Of a stretch of DNA of 32,000 nucleotides, positions 24,901-32,000 are shown in pieces (the stretch's first letter is position 1; the number at the start of each line of letters is the position of its first letter). The stretch is from positions 1,140,001 through 1,172,000 of the forward strand of contig NC_016803.1 of NCBI RefSeq assembly GCF_000189295.2, written 5' to 3'. The notes beneath the pieces are model-generated. The model made no database searches. It worked only from the letters and a program-made list of their open reading frames with translations, and was not told where the DNA came from. This stretch comes from Pseudodesulfovibrio mercurii (GTDB taxonomy: Bacteria > Desulfobacterota > Desulfovibrionia > Desulfovibrionales > Desulfovibrionaceae). Position numbers and translations under genes: made by a program.

Positions 24901-25814
24901 ACATCCCGCTGTTCATGAACCTGCCCACCCGGCCCGAGGACGAATCCCTGATCTCGGTCCTGTTCGGCTCGGGCTACGTGGAACCGGGCAGGCTGGCCGA
25001 GACGCACCGCACCTGGCCCTTCGACAAGTCCCTGCGCATGGGCTCGCACGTGCGCCGCTACATGGTCGATACCTACCGGCGCATCCAGGAGGGGCTGGCC
25101 GCCGGCGGCCGCTCCACGGGCCGGACCAAGGCGCTGATCAACCCCGAGGACCTGACGCGCATGGGCCGCCGCATCGCCGCCAACTTCGCCTCCAAGCCGA
25201 ACAAGATCCTGCGCGTGCCGTTCATGGACACCAGGGAGAACGGCTTCCCCATCCTGCACTTCGCCGCGGAAAAGACGCCGGGCAAGCCGCCCGCCTGGAC
25301 CGTGCGCGGGGGCGAGCGGGTAGAGGCCAAGCAGTCCGCCGTGCATCTCCAGCTGCTGCACCGCAACCAGGACCCGGTGCACCTGCTGGCCTGGCTGCTG
25401 GCCAACCGCATCTACCACCCCAAGAGCCTGCTCCAGGCGGACCGGACCATCGCGCCCATCGCCCTGGCCGACCTGCAGCGGCTCATGGGCTCCCTGCACG
25501 AATTCTTCCCCTTTGCCGAGACCTTCGAGCCGGACATCAACGAGGGGCTGCGCGCCGAGACCGTGCTGCGGGCCTTCTTCATCCTCAACCTGGCCTCCCC
25601 GCCCGAGACCGGGCGCATCGAGCAGGCCGCCGTGATCTACGCCACCAACTGGGGCGAGATGTTCTGCCGCACCTTTGTCCGGCCCGGCCAGCTGTTCGAA
25701 CACAGCCCGGCCCGGTTCCTGTCCGAAAAGATCGGCCAGCCCCTGGCCGAAGCCGCGCAACTGGGCCTGTTCGCGCCCAAGGGGTCCCAATGCCGACGCA
25801 TCAGCCTGACCTGA
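21972..25814 (+). CDS. cyaA: Class I (CyaA-type) adenylate cyclase with a roughly 650-aa N-terminal extension (helical-repeat region, Pro-rich linker and pentapeptide-repeat domain)
   Basis: ATG 21972 lies within ORF 21894..25814; the track start is TTG. Clear matches to E. coli CyaA catalytic-domain motifs: [25 protein letters not shown] vs [42 protein letters not shown] vs LLLDEFYRTAVRLAGK, and [31 protein letters not shown] vs [31 protein letters not shown]. Pentapeptide repeats span about 23220-23757. Confidence 0.85.
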   Translation: [1280 protein letters not shown]

Positions 25815-26110
25815 AGACGCCCTGCTGGGCCGTGATCTTCACCTCCGTGCGCACGGACGCCGACAACGGCTACGCCGAGACCGCCGGACGCATGCTCGAA
25901 CTGGCCCGGTCCATGCCCGGCTTCCTGGGCGTGGATTCCGCCCGCGAGGAGGTCGGCATCACCGTGTCCTACTGGGAGAGCCTCGACGCCATCAGGGTCT
26001 GGCGCGAGCACCCCGAACACCGGACCGCCCAGGCGCGCGGCCGCCGGGAATGGTACGCCTCCTTCACCACCCGCGTCTGCCGGGTGGAGCGGGAGACCCG
26101 CTTCCCCTGA
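25790..26110 (+). CDS. Antibiotic biosynthesis monooxygenase (ABM) domain protein (106 aa)
   Basis: ATG 25790 is in the tail of shadow ORF 22088..26110. The product MPTHQPDLKTPCWAVIFTSVRT...GFLGVDSAREEVGITVSYWESLDAIRVWREHPEHRTAQ is typical of the ABM ferredoxin-like fold. It overlaps the cyaA 3' end by 25 nt. Confidence 0.7.
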   Translation: MPTHQPDLKTPCWAVIFTSVRTDADNGYAETAGRMLELARSMPGFLGVDSAREEVGITVSYWESLDAIRVWREHPEHRTAQARGRREWYASFTTRVCRVERETRFP

Positions 26111-26287
26111 TCCGGGCTGAAAAAATTCCTTTTTTTGGCAATTCGTCAGCGGTTGATGGCTTCTTACCATCGACAAAATCTGATGAATGATATACGCCCT
26201 TTCCCCACCGAAGCGGCATACAATTTTGTATGATCGCGTAGATTCCGTTTTTTTCACGCTCCACGAGCCAATTTCAAAGGGAAGTTC

Positions 26288-27985
26288 ATGCGCAATATTC
26301 TCATCCTCTCGGCCGTCTGCCTGGCGGTCTCGCTCCTGCCCGCCTCCGCCCCGGCCGCCGATGCCGCCACGGCCGTCGCCAACGCCGAACAATGGGGGCT
26401 GCTGACCCTGATCCCGCCGCTCCTGGCCATCGCCCTGGCCTTCGCCAGCAAGAACGTGGTCCTGTCGCTGTTCATCGGCGTGTTCTCGGGCTGCTTCATG
26501 CTCGAACTCAAGGGCTGGGACGTGTACCACGCCATGATCGGCGGCTTCCTGCACCTGTCGGGCCAGGTCCTCTCCTCCCTGGCCGACCCGTGGGACGCGG
26601 GCATCGTCCTCCAGGTCCTGGCCATCGGCGGGCTCATCGCCCTCATCTCCAGGATGGGCGGGGCCCAGGCCATCGCCGAGGCCATCTCGCGCTGGGCCCG
26701 AACGCCCAGGTCCTCCCAGCTGGCCGCCTGGTGCATGGGGCTGTTCATCTTCTTCGACGACTACGCCAACTCCCTGACCGTGGGCCCGATCATGCGCCCG
26801 GTCACGGACCGGCTCAGGGTTTCGCGCGAGAAGCTGGCCTTCATCATCGACGCCACGGCCGCGCCCATCGCGGGCATCGCGCTGATCTCCACCTGGGTGG
26901 CCTACGAGGTCGGACTGATCCGCGACGGCTACCAGGCCATCGGCATCACCGGCAACGCCTACGGCATCTTCGTCCAGACCATCCCGTACCGGTTCTACAA
27001 CATCTACATCCTGCTCTTCATCCTCCTGGCCGTGTGGCTCAAGCGCGACTTCGGGCCCATGTACGCGGCCGAGCACCGCGCCCGAACCGAGGGCAAGGTC
27101 CTGGGCGACCACGCCGTGCCCATGGCCTCGGACGAGGCCACCACCCTGGAGCCCGCCGCCCACGTCCGGCCCTCCGTGTGGAGCGCCATCCTGCCCATCG
27201 GCACCCTCATGGTCGCCGCGTTCCTGGGCTTCTACTTCAACGGCTACGCAAACCTCGACGACCCGGCCATGCTCGCGGCCGTGAACGCCTCGCCCCTGTC
27301 CTTCACATCCATGCGCATCTGCTTCGGGGCCTCGGACGCCTCGGTGGTCCTGTTCCAGGCCGCCCTGCTCGCCGCCCTGGTGGCCACCGCCATGGCCGTG
27401 TTCAAGAAGATCATGCCCCTGAAGGACGCCATCGAGACCTTCGTCACCGGGATCAAATCCATGAACATCACCGCCGTCATCCTGCTCCTGGCCTGGTCCC
27501 TGTCCGGGGTCATGAAGGAGCTGGGCACGGCCACCTACCTGGTGGGCACCCTGTCCGACGCCCTGCCCGCCTACCTGCTGCCGTCCATCATCTTCATCCT
27601 CGGCGCGATCATCTCCTTCGCCACCGGCACGTCCTACGGGACCATGGGCATCCTCATGCCCCTGACCATCCCCTTGGCTTACGCCCTGAACCCGTCCCCG
27701 GACTTTGTGGTCCTGGCCGTGGGCTCGGTCCTGACCGGGGCCATCTTCGGCGACCACTGCTCGCCTATCTCGGACACGACCATCCTGTCCTCCATGGGCG
27801 CGGGCTGCGACCACATCGACCACGTGCGCACCCAGCTGACCTACGCCCTGGTGGTTGCCGGCCTGGCCGTGGTCACCGGCTACCTGCCCGCCGGCCTGGG
27901 GCTGCCCGTGTCTTTGACCCTGCCGCTGGGCATCCTGGCCACGGCCCTGATCATCCGCTTCGCGGGCAAGAAGGTGGACGCCTAG
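26288..27985 (+). CDS. NhaC-family Na+/H+ antiporter-like transporter
   Basis: The 565-aa polytopic membrane protein has a cleavable-looking N-terminal signal (MRNILILSAVCLAVSLLPASAPAADA) and an NhaC C-terminal-domain-like segment (FFDDYANSLTVGPIMRPVTD, DHCSPISDTTILSS). AAGGGAAG lies upstream. Confidence 0.8.
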   Translation: MRNILILSAVCLAVSLLPASAPAADAATAVANAEQWGLLTLIPPLLAIALAFASKNVVLSLFIGVFSGCFMLELKGWDVYHAMIGGFLHLSGQVLSSLADPWDAGIVLQVLAIGGLIALISRMGGAQAIAEAISRWARTPRSSQLAAWCMGLFIFFDDYANSLTVGPIMRPVTDRLRVSREKLAFIIDATAAPIAGIALISTWVAYEVGLIRDGYQAIGITGNAYGIFVQTIPYRFYNIYILLFILLAVWLKRDFGPMYAAEHRARTEGKVLGDHAVPMASDEATTLEPAAHVRPSVWSAILPIGTLMVAAFLGFYFNGYANLDDPAMLAAVNASPLSFTSMRICFGASDASVVLFQAALLAALVATAMAVFKKIMPLKDAIETFVTGIKSMNITAVILLLAWSLSGVMKELGTATYLVGTLSDALPAYLLPSIIFILGAIISFATGTSYGTMGILMPLTIPLAYALNPSPDFVVLAVGSVLTGAIFGDHCSPISDTTILSSMGAGCDHIDHVRTQLTYALVVAGLAVVTGYLPAGLGLPVSLTLPLGILATALIIRFAGKKVDA

Positions 27986-28004
27986 CCCCCCTTCCGAAAC
28001 GACG

Positions 28005-28042
28005 AAAAAACGCCCGGATCGGTTTGCCGATCCGGGCGTTTT
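28005..28042. terminator. Bidirectional rho-independent terminator
   Basis: CGCCCGGATCGG (28011-28022) pairs with CCGATCCGGGCG (28027-28038) as a perfect 12-bp stem with a TTTG loop. An A6 run lies upstream and a T4 run downstream. Confidence 0.75.
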
Positions 28043-28063
28043 CCGTTGCGGGCGGGCGCAACG

Positions 28064-28543
28064 CTAAAACCGGTAGCGGTAGTATTTGACGTCCACGTCC
28101 ATGAGCGGGACCAAGGCCGGGACCCCGCTCCTCGGGACCTCTACGAAGCCGGACTTCTCGTAGAAGCGGTGCGCGGCGTGGTACACGTCCACGGTGCCGA
28201 GAAAGATTTCGCGCACGCCGTGGGCCCGCGCGTGGTCGAGCAGGGTGCGCATGAGCCGGGCGGCCACGCCGCGCTCCCTGCCGCGCCACGCCTTTTTCAC
28301 GAACATCTTGCGCAGGGCGCAGACCCCGTCCCCCACGTCCTTGAGGGCGATGGTCCCGATGAGTTCGTCGCCCTCGAAGGCGAGCCAGAAATTGCCCGCG
28401 CCGTATTGGTAGTAGTCCGGGATGGTGCGCAGGTCCGGCTGTTTTTCGGCCGAGGTGGCCACGCCGAATTCCGCGATCTGGATGGTGGTGATCAGCTCGA
28501 CGATGGGTTCGGGGTCGTGCCCCGCGTATTCGAGGATGCGCAC
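28064..28543 (-). CDS. GNAT-family N-acetyltransferase (159 aa)
   Basis: GTG 28543 lies 2 nt after the holB stop. The acetyl-CoA binding motif region is LRKMFVKKAWRGRERGVAARLMRTLLDHARAHG, followed by FYEKSGF. The rest of ORF 28064..29194 is an off-frame shadow of holB. Confidence 0.8.
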   Translation of the reverse strand: MRILEYAGHDPEPIVELITTIQIAEFGVATSAEKQPDLRTIPDYYQYGAGNFWLAFEGDELIGTIALKDVGDGVCALRKMFVKKAWRGRERGVAARLMRTLLDHARAHGVREIFLGTVDVYHAAHRFYEKSGFVEVPRSGVPALVPLMDVDVKYYRYRF

Positions 28544-28545
28544 GG

Positions 28546-29385
28546 TCAGGCCATGCGGGTGGCGACCCAGTCCAGGACCATGGTCGGGTTGACCGGCACC
28601 TGGGTGTTCAGGGCGTCCTGGGCCTGTTCCAGGACCAGGCCGATGCGCCGCAGGTCCGCCGGACCGTAAATCTTGGCCATGCCCGCCGAGAGCGGGGTCC
28701 CGCAACTGCCGGACAGGGCCTCGCGCAGCTCGCGCTGCATGCCGACGACCACGCTCATGGCCAGGTCGCGGTCCACGGCGCCGCGCACCTGGGTGCGCTC
28801 GAACCAGCCCCGTCCGGTCTGCCAGAAATGGACCAGGGCCGTGGTCCACTCGGTCACCTCGGGCGGGTTCACGCGCACGTCCGGCCAGGCCAGGGTGACC
28901 ACCCAGGAGCGCGAGACCAGGGTCTCCAGCAGCCGCTCGCGCTGGGGAGCGGCCAGGACGAAGACGTTGCCGGGCCGGGGCTCCTCCAGTGACTTGAGCA
29001 GGGCGTTGGCCGCCTCGGTCATGAACATCTGGGCCTCGGCGAAGATGGTCACGCGGTAGCCGTCGCCGTGGGGCGGCTGGCCCCAGGTGGAGCGCTTCTC
29101 GCGCACGGAGTCCACCTTGATGAGCCCCTCGCGGCCGTCGAAGAACAGGAGGTCGTTGAAGGCCAGGTCCGCGATCTGTCGGCAGGCCGGGCACTGGCCG
29201 CAGGGGACCGAACCGGACGCGCAGTTCAGGCGCATGGCCCAGTACAGGGCGAGGGCGACGCGGGCATCCGCGTCGCCCCCCTCTATGACGATGGATTGTG
29301 GCGGGTCGTGGGCGATGGCGTTGAGCCGCCGGACCGCATGTTCCTGCCCCTTGAGGGCGGCCAGCGGGTCGTCGTGCAACGTCAT
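28546..29385 (-). CDS. holB: DNA polymerase III delta-prime subunit-like protein
   Basis: The 279-aa product has a degenerate P-loop region, the Zn-module-like CGQCPACRQI, and ALLKSLEEPRPGNVFVL plus TLVSRS (the sensor-1 SRC-like motif), all typical of the clamp-loader delta-prime subunit. Confidence 0.65.
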   Translation of the reverse strand: MTLHDDPLAALKGQEHAVRRLNAIAHDPPQSIVIEGGDADARVALALYWAMRLNCASGSVPCGQCPACRQIADLAFNDLLFFDGREGLIKVDSVREKRSTWGQPPHGDGYRVTIFAEAQMFMTEAANALLKSLEEPRPGNVFVLAAPQRERLLETLVSRSWVVTLAWPDVRVNPPEVTEWTTALVHFWQTGRGWFERTQVRGAVDRDLAMSVVVGMQRELREALSGSCGTPLSAGMAKIYGPADLRRIGLVLEQAQDALNTQVPVNPTMVLDWVATRMA

Positions 29386-29395
29386 GCCGCGCTCC

Positions 29396-30658
<1,263 letters not shown>

Positions 30659-30770
30659 TGTTAGCTCCTTGGAAATACCGGGATTGCGGCCCCCGGCCGG
30701 GAAAGCGCGCACAAACGGTTATGTTCCGTAAATATAAACGGGTGTCCGTGTCAACCGGAGGATGCCCCGA

Positions 30771-31166
30771 TCACTTGCCGTTCTTGGGGGTCAGGGTCAG
30801 CAGCTTGCCGCGCCGGTCCTTCTTGTCCGGCTTGTGTCCGGCGCCGGGACCGTCGCCGTTGACCAGGGTGCCGTCCACGGGGCCGACCGGCTTTTCCGGC
30901 GCGGTCAGGGCCGCCAGGTCGATCTCCACCGGGCCCTCGCCGGGGTGGCGGGACTGGGCCCAGTTGTAGTTGAAAAGCTGGTTTTTCAGGCGGGTGGACT
31001 GGATGAGATTGAAGACCAGAACCGCTTCCTCCCACCGCTTGGTGGGCTCGAAATGGCGCACCTTCTCCGCGTATTTTTCCCACAGGCTCATGAGCGAGGC
31101 CTCGTCGTAGGCATTGATCTGACGGGCGAGCTTCAAGAGCGCCTTTTCCATGTAGCTTTCTGACAT
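30771..31166 (-). CDS. Hypothetical protein (131 aa) with a helical N-terminal half and a Gly/Pro/Lys-rich tail
   Basis: ATG 31166 follows AAGGA. It lies in ORF 30771..31217. I do not recognise the family. Confidence 0.55.
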   Translation of the reverse strand: MSESYMEKALLKLARQINAYDEASLMSLWEKYAEKVRHFEPTKRWEEAVLVFNLIQSTRLKNQLFNYNWAQSRHPGEGPVEIDLAALTAPEKPVGPVDGTLVNGDGPGAGHKPDKKDRRGKLLTLTPKNGK

Positions 31167-31261
31167 CGATGTTCCTTGATAGGTGAAAAACGCATGCCGG
31201 GAGTCTTTGCATAGCAAATATCAGCCCGGCCCGCCAAGGCAAAATCACGCTCCGCTCCGGA

Positions 31262-31291
31262 CAAAAAGGCCGCCCGAAAAATCGGGCGGCC
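31262..31291 (-). terminator. Rho-independent terminator after the MCP gene
   Basis: GGCCGCCCGA (31268-31277) pairs with TCGGGCGGCC (31282-31291) around an AAAA loop. A T-run follows on the minus strand (A-run 31262-31267 on the plus strand). Confidence 0.7.
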
Positions 31292-31318
31292 CTGTGGTTC
31301 GTGTTGCGCGCAACGGCG

Positions 31319-32000
31319 TCAGAAGCGCTCGAAATCGGTGTCGTCCACCTCGCCCATGTCGAGGTCCATGCCGCCCCTGGGCGCATTCCCGGCCGCACCG
31401 GGCGGCACCGGCCTGGGCTTGCCACCGGCGAGCTTGGGCCTGCCCCCGGCGAGCCTGGGCCTGGCGGGCTCGGCCACCTTGACCTGGACGGGCGGGACGT
31501 AGCCGTCCGCATCGAGCCTGAAGAAGCTGATGGTCTTCTGCAACTGCACGGCCTGGGACGAAAGCTCCTCGGCCGTGGAGGCGACCTCCTCGGAGGCGGC
31601 CGCGTTCTGCTGGATGACCTTGTCCATGTCCTGGATGGCCGCGTTGACCTGGGAGCCGCCCTCATTCTGCTCGTTGGTGGCGGCGGAGATCTCCTGGACC
31701 AGTTCGGCGGTCTTCTGGATGTCCGGCACGATCCGGGCCAGCAGGTTGCCCGCCTCCTCGGCCACCTCCACGCTGGACGAGGACAGCTCGCTGATCTCGG
31801 CCGCGGACGCGCCGCTACGCTCGGCCAGCTTGCGCACCTCGGCCGCGACCACGGCGAATCCCTTGCCGTGTTCCCCGGCCCGGGCCGCCTCGATGGCCGC
31901 GTTCAGGGCCAGGAGGTTGGTCTGCCGCGCGATCTCCTCGATGATGGAGATCTTCTCCGCAATCTGCTTCATGGCCTCCACGGTCTTGGCCACGGCCCGG
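31319..32000 (-). CDS. Methyl-accepting chemotaxis protein. Only the C-terminal signalling domain is present; the N-terminus lies beyond the right window edge.
   Basis: The highly conserved MCP hairpin region [41 protein letters not shown] is present. The frame is open to position 32000. Confidence 0.85.
   Translation of the reverse strand, partial: RAVAKTVEAMKQIAEKISIIEEIARQTNLLALNAAIEAARAGEHGKGFAVVAAEVRKLAERSGASAAEISELSSSSVEVAEEAGNLLARIVPDIQKTAELVQEISAATNEQNEGGSQVNAAIQDMDKVIQQNAAASEEVASTAEELSSQAVQLQKTISFFRLDADGYVPPVQVKVAEPARPRLAGGRPKLAGGKPRPVPPGAAGNAPRGGMDLDMGEVDDTDFERF

Noticed and set aside
26064-26405. Small ORFs 26064..26264 (-) and 26187..26405 (+) in and around the AT-rich intergenic region.
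   Set aside because: They have no SD and atypical composition. They overlap the ABM 3' end or the NhaC-family 5' end. They are most likely chance ORFs in AT-rich DNA.
13200-27823. Long ORFs 13200..14117 (-), 13418..15568 (+), 14133..16034 (-), 16270..17133 (+), 17335..19281 (+), 17393..18769 (-), 19850..21766 (+), 21816..22805 (-), 22088..26110 (+), 22616..24004 (-), 23790..25790 (-), 25637..27823 (-) and 26392..28089 (+).
   Set aside because: All are off-frame or antisense to genes with clear family motifs (histidine kinase, ETF subunits, ETF-QO, ACAD, cyaA, NhaC). All are dominated by Arg, Pro, Gly and Ala. Only the last 106 codons of 22088..26110 (the ABM protein) are kept.

Overview
High-GC (about 65%) chromosomal segment with Desulfovibrionaceae-type gene content: 29 protein-coding genes plus one candidate upstream ORF. 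I found no rRNA, tRNA, CRISPR array or mobile element. The centrepiece is an arsR-hgcA-hgcB mercury-methylation locus (9772-11605). HgcA carries the diagnostic cap-helix motif GINVWCAAGKG. HgcB is a 95-aa 2x[4Fe-4S] ferredoxin with the extra Cys and a C-terminal Cys-Cys. Residue numbering matches what I recall for Pseudodesulfovibrio mercurii (Desulfovibrio desulfuricans) ND132, so the window is probably that strain or a close relative. The most unusual observation is a strongly Shine-Dalgarno-led ATG (10113) that overlaps the arsR stop. It opens a 36-codon frame that is in frame with hgcA and separated from it only by one TGA (10221-10223), which is followed 12 nt later by a GC hairpin. This may be a selenocysteine-recoded N-terminal extension of HgcA, or a coupled leader peptide. 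Other content: a partial receiver+PAS sensor; a CheY-like regulator; a periplasmic cyclophilin; an acyl-CoA synthetase with a 7 x 11-residue repeat insertion; an azlC-azlD-racemase operon with a divergent MocR-type regulator; rarD; an isochorismatase-family hydrolase; a DsrE-like protein; a response regulator plus hybrid histidine kinase; an acyl-CoA dehydrogenase / ETF-QO-like / EtfB / EtfA cluster; a 1280-aa class I adenylate cyclase fused to pentapeptide repeats; an ABM-domain protein; an NhaC-family transporter; a purA-holB-GNAT operon; a hypothetical protein; and a partial methyl-accepting chemotaxis protein. Many long Arg/Gly/Pro-rich ORFs in the six-frame track are off-frame or antisense shadows of the real genes, as is typical of high-GC DNA.
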